A stretch of DNA of 36,087 nt, taken from NCBI GenBank assembly GCA_014240455.1, contig JAAZWY010000004.1, positions 1-36,087 on the forward strand, given 5' to 3'. The notes beneath the pieces were generated by a model. The model worked only from the letters and a program-made list of their open reading frames with translations, was not told where the DNA came from and made no database searches. This document shows, in pieces, positions 1 to 8,680 of this stretch. Numbering within the stretch: the first letter of the stretch is position 1; each line of letters opens with the position of its first letter. The position numbers and the translations under genes are program-made. Source of the stretch: Nanobdellota archaeon. Its GTDB lineage: Archaea > Nanobdellota > Nanobdellia > UBA10117 > ARS21.

Positions 1-390
1 AGCAAATCGAAAACTTCCGTTTCATTTGAAGGAGATACCGGACCATATCTACAGTATACTCACGCAAGAATTAACTCACTTCTAAAAAAGAAAAGAATAA
101 CGAGAACCATTAATGGAAAATTAACTAATGAATCAGAACGAGAAGTTCTAAAGAAAGTTTACAATTTTCAAGAAGTTGTAATTAACACATACAATTCAAA
201 GAAACCAAGTACAGTTGCAAACTATTTGATGGACTTAGCAAAAACATTCAACTCGTATTATTCACAAAATCTAATTATCTCAGATAATAAAGAATTAACT
301 TCTCATAGACTGGCAGTCTGTTCAACAGTAAAGCAAGTTCTGAACAACGGATTAAGTTTGCTTGGAATTGAAGCTGTTTCAGAAATGTAG
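1..390 (+). CDS. argS: Arginyl-tRNA synthetase, C-terminal anticodon-binding part (5'-truncated by window)
   Basis: Frame 1 translates as SFEGDTGPYLQYTHARINSLLKK...LGIEAVSEM*, the typical ArgRS DALR-domain signature; stop TAG at 388-390. Not in ORF track. Confidence 0.95.
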   Translation, partial: SKSKTSVSFEGDTGPYLQYTHARINSLLKKKRITRTINGKLTNESEREVLKKVYNFQEVVINTYNSKKPSTVANYLMDLAKTFNSYYSQNLIISDNKELTSHRLAVCSTVKQVLNNGLSLLGIEAVSEM

Positions 391-495
391 TGGGCGAAGC
401 AGGATTTGAACCTGCGGCCTCTGGTATACTCAGACTACTCTAATCGAGTAGCGTCTTATAAGACCAGCGCTCTGACCAGACTAAGCTATACGCCC
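391..495 (-). tRNA. tRNA-Ile(UAU) with 30-nt canonical intron (intron 427-456)
   Basis: Minus strand folds as GGGCGTA/TTCGCCC-A acceptor, CTGGT/ACCAG anticodon stem, loop CT-TAT-A^T, T-arm GCAGG-TTCAAAT-CCTGC. Intron at 37/38 forms a bulge-helix-bulge (CTTA/TGAG helix, two 3-nt bulges). Anticodon at 458-460. Confidence 0.93.
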
Positions 496-535
496 AATTC
501 TATTTCGTAAAATGTGTTTAAAAACTTAACTACAA

Positions 536-1114
536 CTATGTGTAAACTGCCGTTCCTGCTAAAACTGCAATAATTAGAAGTGGAATTAGTATTACAATTC
601 CTGCCAAGATTATATTCAAGATTGCCTTCCAAATTGAGAATTTTTGAATCTCAGAAATCATTCCAACTTGAAGTACTAAAGACCAAACTCCTAATATCAT
701 AAATGCAATACTACTTACGCTAAGAATGCCGAAGGATTCAGAATTGAGTGCAAAGAAAAGAGGTATGAATAAAAGAAGTGAAGTGACTACTGGAACGCCT
801 GCCCAAGCAATTGCTGCTCTTAACTTCAAAGCATTGGCCTTACCATTAATCCATCTTCCAGTCAAACTTAACAAAAAACCTGAAATATACAATGAAACAA
901 TTCCCAATAATGCTGCAACAAACGCAGAACCAATAAAACTACTTCCTCCAACGATTGCATCCATTGATTCAAAATCTAGTGCGTTATTCGCAATACCTGC
1001 CAAGGCGGCAAGTGGAAGAACCATGTATTTAGGATCGTATTTCAAAATAGCTTTAATCGTATTTCTTGGATGTAACCAAACTTCTTTCCACGGATTAATC
1101 TTTAATTTGGCCAT
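536..1114 (-). CDS. Yip1-family multi-pass membrane protein
   Basis: N-terminal PWKEVWLHPRNTIK motif, GRWINGKA and AIAWAGVP motifs, about 5 hydrophobic segments. Start moved to ATG 1114 because TTTAAAAC lies at -29..-22. Confidence 0.8.
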   Translation of the reverse strand: MAKLKINPWKEVWLHPRNTIKAILKYDPKYMVLPLAALAGIANNALDFESMDAIVGGSSFIGSAFVAALLGIVSLYISGFLLSLTGRWINGKANALKLRAAIAWAGVPVVTSLLLFIPLFFALNSESFGILSVSSIAFMILGVWSLVLQVGMISEIQKFSIWKAILNIILAGIVILIPLLIIAVLAGTAVYT

Positions 1115-1173
1115 AAAATAAAATTGCACTCCTTAGTTTTAAACTTTCCTTAAATTTTGAAAGTGATGTGCTC

Positions 1174-1195
1174 GAAACATTTAAAAAGTAAAAAT
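1174..1195 (+). promoter_or_regulatory. BRE/TATA promoter of tRNA-Glu
   Basis: GAAA at -37..-34 and TTTAAAAAG at -31..-23 relative to the mature tRNA start 1211. Confidence 0.65.
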
Positions 1196-1210
1196 TGGAG
1201 CAAACCTTAC

Positions 1211-1285
1211 GCCCCTTTGGTGTAGTTCGGTCAATCATACCAGGCTTTCAACCTGGCGACTCGGGTTCAAATCCCGGAAGGGGCG
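1211..1285 (+). tRNA. tRNA-Glu(UUC)
   Basis: GCCCCTT/AAGGGGC acceptor, CCAGG-CT-TTC-AA-CCTGG anticodon arm, TCGGG-TTCAAAT-CCCGG T-arm; no encoded CCA. Confidence 0.95.
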
Positions 1286-1348
1286 CTTATAATTCTGAAA
1301 GCGTCATTTAATTACCTTTATAACTTTTTTCGCGTATACAAAACTGCA

Positions 1349-1744
1349 ATGGGATTACGACCAGGTACTTATGACTCAAGACAGCTTAATAAAAAACAAC
1401 ATAAATTATTATCTGAAGCAAGACGAAGTTTTAGAAATATTGCACTAACTGATTTTGGATATATAAATTCAAATGGAAAGGGTGGACGTGCTCAATTATA
1501 TACTAAAAAACGAATTGGTTGGTTCAAAACTGAATCAGAATTTGTTGGTGATTTAATTTTCTTAGAATCTAAAGATGATCTTGTAATCGCTTGTGCATTT
1601 TATACAACTGAAAAAAGACCTTTTGTTTCAAGACGTCTACATAGTGCAATAAGAGATTTGAGAGCTACAGTGGAATACAAAGGACTTGATGAAAAACTGG
1701 GTAAAAAAATAATTGTTGGATCAGAAACAATTGAAAAAAACTAA
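1349..1744 (+). CDS. Hypothetical protein (131 aa, basic, soluble)
   Basis: ORF fills the gap between tRNA-Glu and galU; TTTATAAC at -32..-25; no family recognised. Confidence 0.65.
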   Translation: MGLRPGTYDSRQLNKKQHKLLSEARRSFRNIALTDFGYINSNGKGGRAQLYTKKRIGWFKTESEFVGDLIFLESKDDLVIACAFYTTEKRPFVSRRLHSAIRDLRATVEYKGLDEKLGKKIIVGSETIEKN

Positions 1745-2583
1745 TTATCTAATTCAGATTTGATAACTTTGATAACTTCTTTCTTAACAGATTCATCTAA
1801 CATTGCATATTTTAAATTAGCAATCAAATATTCTGTCGGATTTCCAACATCGATTCGAGTACCTTCAATCGAGTGTGCATGAATTGTTAATTTGTCGTTA
1901 AGTAATTCAGCCAAACCGTCAGTTAACTCAATTTCACCACGGACACTTTCAGTAACTTTCTCTAGTTTCAAAAAAAGCTCAGGCACAACAATATATCTTC
2001 CGCTAATCGCTAACTCTGATACAACTGAATCAATGTCTGGCTTCTCAATTATTCTTTCAACTTCAGTAGATCCCTTCTTAACTACAATCATTCCTTTCTT
2101 AGTCATTTTTTCCTTGGATAAATTCTCAACACCAACAATTGTTGCCGAACTTCCTAACTTTTCATAAGCATCAATCAGTTGTTTTGTTGCAGGAGTTTCA
2201 CAATTAAGATAGAAATCATCTCCAAGTAAAATTGCACAAGGTTCACCGTGAGCAAAATTCTTTGCACGTAAAATTGCATCACCTAACCCTCGAGGATTGC
2301 TTTGACGTTTGAAAGTAATATCAACTTTTTCTAATAATTTATTGAATTCTTTTAATTTTCCATTTCCAGTATTTGTTATATCGAAATGTTTCTCGAGAGA
2401 ATGTTTGTTTTCACCCGTAATTATCAAAATTTCAGTTATTCCTGATTTAATTGCCTCTTCAACAACCAATTGAATTACTGGAGTATCATAAATTGGTAAC
2501 ATTTCTTTTGGTTGAGTTTTTGTTGCAGGTAGTAATCTGGTTCCTTTCCCTGCTGCTGGAATAATTGCTTTTCTAACTTTCAT
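1741..2583 (-). CDS. galU: UTP--glucose-1-phosphate uridylyltransferase / sugar-nucleotidyltransferase
   Basis: KAIIPAAGKGTRLLPATKTQPKEMLP, GLGDAIL, LLGDD, EKP and GEIELTD motifs. Start at ATG 2583 (GAGG upstream) overlaps the ugd-like stop. Confidence 0.9.
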   Translation of the reverse strand: MKVRKAIIPAAGKGTRLLPATKTQPKEMLPIYDTPVIQLVVEEAIKSGITEILIITGENKHSLEKHFDITNTGNGKLKEFNKLLEKVDITFKRQSNPRGLGDAILRAKNFAHGEPCAILLGDDFYLNCETPATKQLIDAYEKLGSSATIVGVENLSKEKMTKKGMIVVKKGSTEVERIIEKPDIDSVVSELAISGRYIVVPELFLKLEKVTESVRGEIELTDGLAELLNDKLTIHAHSIEGTRIDVGNPTEYLIANLKYAMLDESVKKEVIKVIKSELDN

Positions 2584-3436
2584 CTTGATCCTCATCAATT
2601 GCTCTACCTTTAAGTTCTTTCCAATCTTGTTCGGGTCTAACTTCTAAGTTTGTTTCCCAAGCGCCATTTATTGTGTGCGTATTAACTCCAATTGATTTTG
2701 CAAATGCCATAAACGCATTGATATCTTTCGGAAAACAGCTTCCACCAAACCCTCTTTTACCGTCTGGCCCCGGAACATTCAAATGTGAATCTGCAATTCT
2801 CCCGTCTGCAACAAAACCTTCAAGTGCAGTATCCCAATCTGCTTCAATTTTTTCACAAATAAGTTTCATCTCATTTGCAAATGCAACCTTTACTGAAAAG
2901 AAGATATTGCTAAAATATTTTACAATTTCTGAAGTCTTGTAATCTGTCTCAATAACATTACAATATTTGAATCGGTCCGTGTACAGCTTAGAAACTTTCT
3001 CTGTGTATTTTTTTGCACCACCAAGAACAATTCTACTTTGATTTATGAAATCCAATCTTGAAGATCTTTCAGTTAAGAATTCTGGATTGAAGATTATGTT
3101 AAGTTCTGGAAATTTTTCTTGTAGTTTTTCTGTTGTTCCGGGGACTACTGTTGATTTTAAAATAACGATATTGTCTGTTCGATTATTAACTTCATTTATT
3201 TCTTTGAAAACTTGATCTATATATTTTAGACTTATTGCGCCTTCTTTAGTCATTGGTGTTGGAACTGATACAAAAATAAAATCGCTCTCATTCACTGTTT
3301 CTTCCAAAGTATGTAATGATCGTTCAGGTAACTTATCGTAAACTTTTACTTCACAGTTTCCTGTTGATGTTGGTGAAAATCCGTGTGCAATTGCACCCCC
3401 GACATAACCATTTCCAACAATTCCGACTTTATTCAT
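2573..3436 (-). CDS. UDP-glucose/GDP-mannose dehydrogenase family protein, short form lacking the C-terminal domain
   Basis: GIVGNGYVG Rossmann motif, VPTP, KSTVVPGT, NPEFL, and catalytic GFGGSCFPKD; only 287 aa. TTTTTTAA at -30..-23 supports start 3436. Confidence 0.88.
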   Translation of the reverse strand: MNKVGIVGNGYVGGAIAHGFSPTSTGNCEVKVYDKLPERSLHTLEETVNESDFIFVSVPTPMTKEGAISLKYIDQVFKEINEVNNRTDNIVILKSTVVPGTTEKLQEKFPELNIIFNPEFLTERSSRLDFINQSRIVLGGAKKYTEKVSKLYTDRFKYCNVIETDYKTSEIVKYFSNIFFSVKVAFANEMKLICEKIEADWDTALEGFVADGRIADSHLNVPGPDGKRGFGGSCFPKDINAFMAFAKSIGVNTHTINGAWETNLEVRPEQDWKELKGRAIDEDQDES

Positions 3437-3505
3437 AAATTCCCACAATAATAAAAACTTAAAAAATGTCGCAAATGTTTAATATGTTGGTCTTCACAAA
3501 TACTC

Positions 3506-3895
3506 ATGCCTCTGATGACACAAATTATGGGTTGGTTCTTAATTTCAGTTGGACTGTTAAAGGTTTTTGACTGGAAAAAATTCGCAGAAAATTTCTCAAA
3601 ATACGATTTAATCGCAATGAGAAGTAATTCCTATGCTTATTCCTATCCTTTAATTGAACTATTAATTGGTGGAGCATTCTTGGCTTCTTGGAATGTGAAA
3701 CTCGTAGCGGGATTTTTATTGGTTCTAATGATAATCGGCGTGGCAGGAGTCGGAAAAGCTCTAAGAGATCATAAAAAAGTTAAATGTGCTTGCTTGGGCA
3801 AGCTTGGTCATAAATTAAACATAACTTTGACAAAATTCACGCTGATTGAAGATATAATTATGGGTGGAATGGCTTTAGCAATAATTTTACTATAG
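3506..3895 (+). CDS. MauE/DoxX-family membrane protein
   Basis: F..YDLIA...Y...YP.IEL..G and CACLG motifs; about 4 hydrophobic segments. Confidence 0.8.
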   Translation: MPLMTQIMGWFLISVGLLKVFDWKKFAENFSKYDLIAMRSNSYAYSYPLIELLIGGAFLASWNVKLVAGFLLVLMIIGVAGVGKALRDHKKVKCACLGKLGHKLNITLTKFTLIEDIIMGGMALAIILL

Positions 3896-3937
3896 GGTTC
3901 AAAAAGTTAATAAACTAAATTTTAAATGAGGTTGTGA

Positions 3938-4020
3938 GCCAACGTCGCATAATCAGGTATTGCGCTCGCCTCGAAAACGAGTTCCTTTGGGAGTTGCAGG
4001 TTCAAATCCTGCCGTTGGCG
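3938..4020 (+). tRNA. tRNA-Ser(CGA)
   Basis: GCCAACG/CGTTGGC-G acceptor, CT-CGA-AA loop, long variable arm (TTCCTTTGGGAG), GCAGG-TTCAAAT-CCTGC T-arm. Confidence 0.93.
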
Positions 4021-4054
4021 CTAACCTTTTATTAAACAATAAACTCATCAATAC

Positions 4055-5380
4055 ATGTATGAAATCATTCTAGGTCGTTCACCAAAGGAAAGGAGACTTC
4101 TTGATACCAAAGGTACAATACTTCTAGGGAAACATTACGTACAAATGGAACGTAATACTTCTTTAGCGAATCCAATTTTGCTGGACATAAATAAACCTCA
4201 TGCAATTCTGGTTTCAGGAAAACGAGGGTCTGGTAAATCATATACTTTGGGAGTTATGGCTGAAGGAATTGCAAATTTAGAACCCGAAATAAAACAAAAC
4301 ATATCAACAATAATGTTTGACACAATGGGGATTTTTTGGAGTATGAAAAATCCAAATCTAAAGGATGCAAAACTTCTAACGGATTGGGAATTGAAACCAG
4401 AAGCGTCAAATATAACTGTTTACAGTCCAATCGGAAAGTTTGATGAGTACCAGCAAAAAGGATTTCCTGCCGATAAACCTCTCGCAATAAGACCAAATTT
4501 GATGAGTGCAAAAGAATGGTCTCAAATATTTAATATTGAAGAATTAAGTCCAGCAAGCTTGCTATTGGAACGAGCAATAATAACAATTGAAGAAAGTGAA
4601 CCAAATTTCTCATTAAATTCTTTAATGAAAACAATCAAAGAAGACGGAGATGCCAACGAGAATGAAGTTAAGATCGTTCTGAGCAAACTTAGCGCAATAA
4701 AGAAATGGGGGATTTTTGACGAGCGAGGAACGGATTTATCTGAATTGACAAGTGGTGGGCAAGCTACAGTAATTGATTTGTCACCTTATGCAGAAACTGA
4801 TGATGGTGATATGATTCGTGCGTTGATAATCTCACATATTAGTAATCACATAATTAAAAAACGTCTTTCTGCAAGAAGAGAAGAAGAATTAGAAGAAATT
4901 AAAGGGAACTTATCTGCAAGAAAAGAACCTTTATTATGGATTCTAATTGATGAAGCACATGAATTCTTACCAAGGGAAGGTACAACTCTTGCAAGCGGCG
5001 CATTAAGGCGAATATTGAAAGAAGGTAGGCAACCCGGGATTTCTTTAGTGCTTGCAACACAGCAACCAGGAAAGATTGATACAGACGTAATGACTCAATC
5101 AGACATAGTTATTTCTCACCGATTAACTTCAAGCACGGATCTCCAAGCATTAAATGGAATAATGCAATCTTATCTCGCTACAGACTTACAAAAAAATCTT
5201 GATTCATTACCAAGAGTTTCTGGATCTGCAATAATTTTAGATGACACAAATGAAAAAATAATTCAGGCACAAATTCGACCAAGAACTTCCTGGCATGGTG
5301 GTTCAAACCCAAGTGCAATACCTGGAGCAATAATGAAGTCTTTAATTGACGCAATCAAGGAAAAAACCACGACGAGCTAA
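4055..5380 (+). CDS. HerA/FtsK-superfamily (DUF87-type) ATPase
   Basis: Walker A GKRGSGKS, Walker B ILIDEAH, arginine-finger KEGRQPG, and ATQQP motif. Confidence 0.85.
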   Translation: MYEIILGRSPKERRLLDTKGTILLGKHYVQMERNTSLANPILLDINKPHAILVSGKRGSGKSYTLGVMAEGIANLEPEIKQNISTIMFDTMGIFWSMKNPNLKDAKLLTDWELKPEASNITVYSPIGKFDEYQQKGFPADKPLAIRPNLMSAKEWSQIFNIEELSPASLLLERAIITIEESEPNFSLNSLMKTIKEDGDANENEVKIVLSKLSAIKKWGIFDERGTDLSELTSGGQATVIDLSPYAETDDGDMIRALIISHISNHIIKKRLSARREEELEEIKGNLSARKEPLLWILIDEAHEFLPREGTTLASGALRRILKEGRQPGISLVLATQQPGKIDTDVMTQSDIVISHRLTSSTDLQALNGIMQSYLATDLQKNLDSLPRVSGSAIILDDTNEKIIQAQIRPRTSWHGGSNPSAIPGAIMKSLIDAIKEKTTTS

Positions 5381-5439
5381 TTCTGTCACCACCAATTTAG
5401 TAAATAAAAGCTTAAAACTAAAGTAAGAGGAAAGTCAGA

Positions 5440-6441
5440 ATGATTCATGTACCTGTTGAGGATATTATCAAAAAAGTATCGGAACAATCTGGATTATCTG
5501 AAAAAGAAGTCAAGGAAAAGATCAAGGAAAAGATGACTTCCTTGAAAGATTTAGTTTCTGAAGAAGGAGCAGCATATATTGTAGCTTCTGAATTGAATGT
5601 GAAACTTTTTGAAGATCCGGCAACTAAAGTCCTAAAAATAAATGAAGCACACGTTGGTATGACTGGTGTAGAAATTGTAGCAAAAGTTTCTCAAATATTT
5701 GAAACTCGTAACTTTCAACGTGACGGAAGAACTGTAGATTTTGTTCCAATTATGCTTGCAGATGAAACAGGTCAAATTAGAACTACTTTGTGGGACAGAC
5801 GAGCTGATTTGATAAAAGAAGATCGATTAAACCAAGGTGATGTTGTACGAATTAAAGGTGCATCAATAAAGGATAACAAATATTCAGGAAAAGAATTGCA
5901 ATTGACTTCAAGAAGTCAAATTTTAATTAACCAGGACGAATTAGATGTAAAAATTGCACGTCCCGAAAAGCAAGAATTGCAAGAAACTTCACTAGATAAA
6001 CCTATAATTGGTAGCCCTGTAAAAATTAGAGGTACAATTGTAAATGTTGCAGAACCAAGATTTTATGATGCTTGTCCTGAATGTAGAAAAAAGGTCGCAC
6101 CTGAAGGAGATAAATTTAGATGTGCAACTCATGAAATTGTAAAGGCAAATAAAACATTAATTTTTAATTTTGTACTTGATGATGGCAAAGGGAATGTAAG
6201 AGCAACGTGCTTCGGTGAATCTGGAGAAAAAATTCTTGGAATGAATGCAGATAAATTACATGATTTGTTGCTTGAAAAACCTGTTGAAGAAATTGCAGTG
6301 GAATTCTTGGGAAGTTTTGTTGAAATCCAAGGAAGTATTCGTGAAAATAAAGCTTACGACCGAACAGAACTTTCAGCAAATTCAGTTAATACTCAATTAG
6401 ATCCTAAAAAGATCGCAGAGCAAATGCTCGGGAATAAATAA
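5440..6441 (+). CDS. rpa: Replication protein A (two OB folds plus Zn finger)
   Basis: [13 protein letters not shown]-terminal motif, [13 protein letters not shown] fold, CPECRKKV...C..H Zn finger, [13 protein letters not shown] second OB fold. Confidence 0.88.
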   Translation: MIHVPVEDIIKKVSEQSGLSEKEVKEKIKEKMTSLKDLVSEEGAAYIVASELNVKLFEDPATKVLKINEAHVGMTGVEIVAKVSQIFETRNFQRDGRTVDFVPIMLADETGQIRTTLWDRRADLIKEDRLNQGDVVRIKGASIKDNKYSGKELQLTSRSQILINQDELDVKIARPEKQELQETSLDKPIIGSPVKIRGTIVNVAEPRFYDACPECRKKVAPEGDKFRCATHEIVKANKTLIFNFVLDDGKGNVRATCFGESGEKILGMNADKLHDLLLEKPVEEIAVEFLGSFVEIQGSIRENKAYDRTELSANSVNTQLDPKKIAEQMLGNK

Positions 6442-7460
6442 TGCCACCAAAGAAGAAAGAAAAAACAGTCACAGATGCCGTTGAAAAAATCAAACTAGAA
6501 GAACCTCAAGAAGAAACCCCTCAGGAACTTGAAGATTTACCTGGAATTGGTCCGACTACTGCAGATAAACTTAGGGACGCAGGATATGATACTATAATGT
6601 CGATTGCTGTTGCTCCAGTTGCACAAATTGCAGACTCTTCGGGAATGACTCAGGCCGGTGCATTGAAAGCACAAATTGTAGCAAGAAACGCAATGGATAT
6701 GGGCTTTTCAACAGGATCCGAGTTAGTAAAAAAACGAACAACCATTGAAAGATTAAGTACAGGCGCTGAAGCACTTGATGAATTGCTGGGTGGAGGTATT
6801 GAGACTCAAAGCATTAGTGAAGCTTACGGAGCCTTTGGTTCAGGAAAATCACAAATTGCAATGCAATTGGCAGTTAATGTTCAACTACCTAAGAAGGATG
6901 GCGGTCTAAATGCTGACGTCGTATTCATTGATACTGAAAACACATTCAGACCTGAGCGAATAACTCAGATGGCTGAAGCACGAGGAATAAGTCCAAAAAA
7001 GGTATTAGATAGAATTATGGTAGCGCGAGCATATACTTCTGATCATCAAATGTTGTTGGTGGATAAGGTTGACGAATTAATAAATCGGCAAGGAAAAAAC
7101 ATTAAGTTAGTAATTGTTGATTCTTTGATGAGTTTGTTCCGTTCTGAATATGCTGGTCGAGGAACTCTTGCAGTCAGACAACAGAAATTGAACAGACATT
7201 TACATGCGCTTCAACGTTTAGCAGACAAACATAATCTCGCAATTTATATTACTAATCAGGTTCAATCAAAACCAGACGTATTTTTCGGTAATCCAACTGC
7301 TGCAATTGGTGGACACATTCTTGGACACGCATCGCAGTTCAGAGTTTATTTGAGACGTGGAAAGGCTGGAAAGAGAATTGGTAGATTAGTAGATTCTCCT
7401 TGTTTACCTGAAGGTGAAGCAATATTCAAAATAACTGAAAAAGGTATTGAGGATGCATAA
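6441..7460 (+). CDS. radA: DNA repair and recombination protein RadA
   Basis: HhH N-domain [54 protein letters not shown]. Confidence 0.97.
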   Translation: MPPKKKEKTVTDAVEKIKLEEPQEETPQELEDLPGIGPTTADKLRDAGYDTIMSIAVAPVAQIADSSGMTQAGALKAQIVARNAMDMGFSTGSELVKKRTTIERLSTGAEALDELLGGGIETQSISEAYGAFGSGKSQIAMQLAVNVQLPKKDGGLNADVVFIDTENTFRPERITQMAEARGISPKKVLDRIMVARAYTSDHQMLLVDKVDELINRQGKNIKLVIVDSLMSLFRSEYAGRGTLAVRQQKLNRHLHALQRLADKHNLAIYITNQVQSKPDVFFGNPTAAIGGHILGHASQFRVYLRRGKAGKRIGRLVDSPCLPEGEAIFKITEKGIEDA

Positions 7461-7496
7461 GCCAAAATATCTTAAAGTCTTATCTTAAGAATATTC

Positions 7497-8327
7497 ATGC
7501 AAGAACAATTGTTTCTATTTGGAATAACATTGATAGCAATAATTTTTGCAACAATATCAGATTTAAAAACTTTTGAAATTCCAGATGCCATTTCATACTT
7601 TCTAATTATATTTGGTATCTCCGCTCAAATAATTCTGGCAACAACAAGTCAATCTTTACAACCCATAAACGCATTATTAATTTCTTTGGCAATAGCAAGT
7701 GCAATAGCAATTCCTCTTTTCCTGTTGGGTCAATGGGGAGGCGGAGATACAAAATTACTTTTAGGAATTGCCGCAGTTTTGCCAACTTTCCACACAACGT
7801 CGCTACCTTTCATTTTGACTTTCACATTCAATCTATTCCTCTTTGGAGGATTATATTCAATCTTAATTATGAGTTATTTATCAATTAAGCATTGGAAAAA
7901 ACTAATTGAACTCTCACCCCTTTCAAAAAGACTATTAATTTTAACTGCGCTCACAAGCTTCCTTCCATTCATATTACAAAACATATTTTTTATACTAATT
8001 CCAATTATTGCTGGAGGAATAACAATAACAAATCTTGCGTTAGTTTTACAGAAACATTTTTTCATCAAAAAAATACATCCATCAAAACTAACTGAGGGAG
8101 ATTGGATAACTAACGATCTAAAGGTTGGAAATAAAACTATCTACAAAGTCAGAAAAATTGGAGTTCTTGACAAAGATATACAAAAAATTCAGAAATATTA
8201 CAAGAAATCTATTGAAATTAAGACAGGAATTGCGTTTGGACCTTCTTTCTTGTTCTCAATTCTAATTTCAGGGTACTTCGGCGATATTTTGTTCCAAATT
8301 ATACCTCAAGTTCTAAGTAAAATATAA
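7497..8327 (+). CDS. A24-family prepilin/class III signal peptidase
   Basis: SDLKTFEIPD (first Asp), WGGGDTKL (GxGD), LTEGDWI and C-terminal GIAFGPSF; many TM segments. Confidence 0.88.
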   Translation: MQEQLFLFGITLIAIIFATISDLKTFEIPDAISYFLIIFGISAQIILATTSQSLQPINALLISLAIASAIAIPLFLLGQWGGGDTKLLLGIAAVLPTFHTTSLPFILTFTFNLFLFGGLYSILIMSYLSIKHWKKLIELSPLSKRLLILTALTSFLPFILQNIFFILIPIIAGGITITNLALVLQKHFFIKKIHPSKLTEGDWITNDLKVGNKTIYKVRKIGVLDKDIQKIQKYYKKSIEIKTGIAFGPSFLFSILISGYFGDILFQIIPQVLSKI

Positions 8328-8353
8328 AAAGGAGTAGCGCATTCAGTTCTTTG

Positions 8354-8677
8354 ATGGTAGTCTTAGAATCTTCTCATTATATCTTACTTGGTGTAGCAGG
8401 ATTTTTCGCAGTTGTTTGGGCTCTTATGAGTATGGGAGTTGTATCAACCAGAAATCATGATTTACATAAAGAAAAACATGCACATTTAGACAATTTAAGC
8501 CAAGTAATTAATCAAACATATGGTTATTTGGAGTCTATCAATGACAAATCACACAACGCATTAGAATGTAGCAACTGTAATGTTGTAAGAGCACATCTAC
8601 ATAATGGAGAACTGAATACGGCTCATGAAGCAGCAAGAATGCATCACGATGTATATCACTTCTTCAGAGATTATTAA
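8354..8677 (+). CDS. Hypothetical membrane-anchored His-rich protein with CxxC
   Basis: One N-terminal hydrophobic helix, 12 His in 107 aa, CSNC; TATAAAAA at -31..-24. Confidence 0.7.
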   Translation: MVVLESSHYILLGVAGFFAVVWALMSMGVVSTRNHDLHKEKHAHLDNLSQVINQTYGYLESINDKSHNALECSNCNVVRAHLHNGELNTAHEAARMHHDVYHFFRDY

Positions 8678-8680
8678 AAA

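Noticed and set aside
391-495. Reading the intron-containing tRNA as tRNA-Met, tRNA-Tyr or a pseudogene
   Set aside because: The BHB geometry fixes the splice at 37/38 and the anticodon as TAT; the cloverleaf and promoter are intact.
726-1121. 131-aa plus-strand ORF, and similar antisense ORFs at 1892, 2673, 9598, 10264, 15935, 16223, 24676, 32324 and 32780
   Set aside because: Each lies wholly opposite a gene with clear family motifs and shows no motifs of its own; antisense shadows.
1286-3937. Integrated mobile element between tRNA-Glu and tRNA-Ser
   Set aside because: No integrase, transposase or duplicated tRNA 3' end was found.
6441-6470. NLS-like PPKKKEK at the RadA N-terminus
   Set aside because: Short Lys-rich disordered termini are common in this AT-rich genome; no functional basis in an archaeon.
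8560-8600. Possible c-type haem motif in the His-rich protein
   Set aside because: Sequence is CSNCN, not CxxCH.
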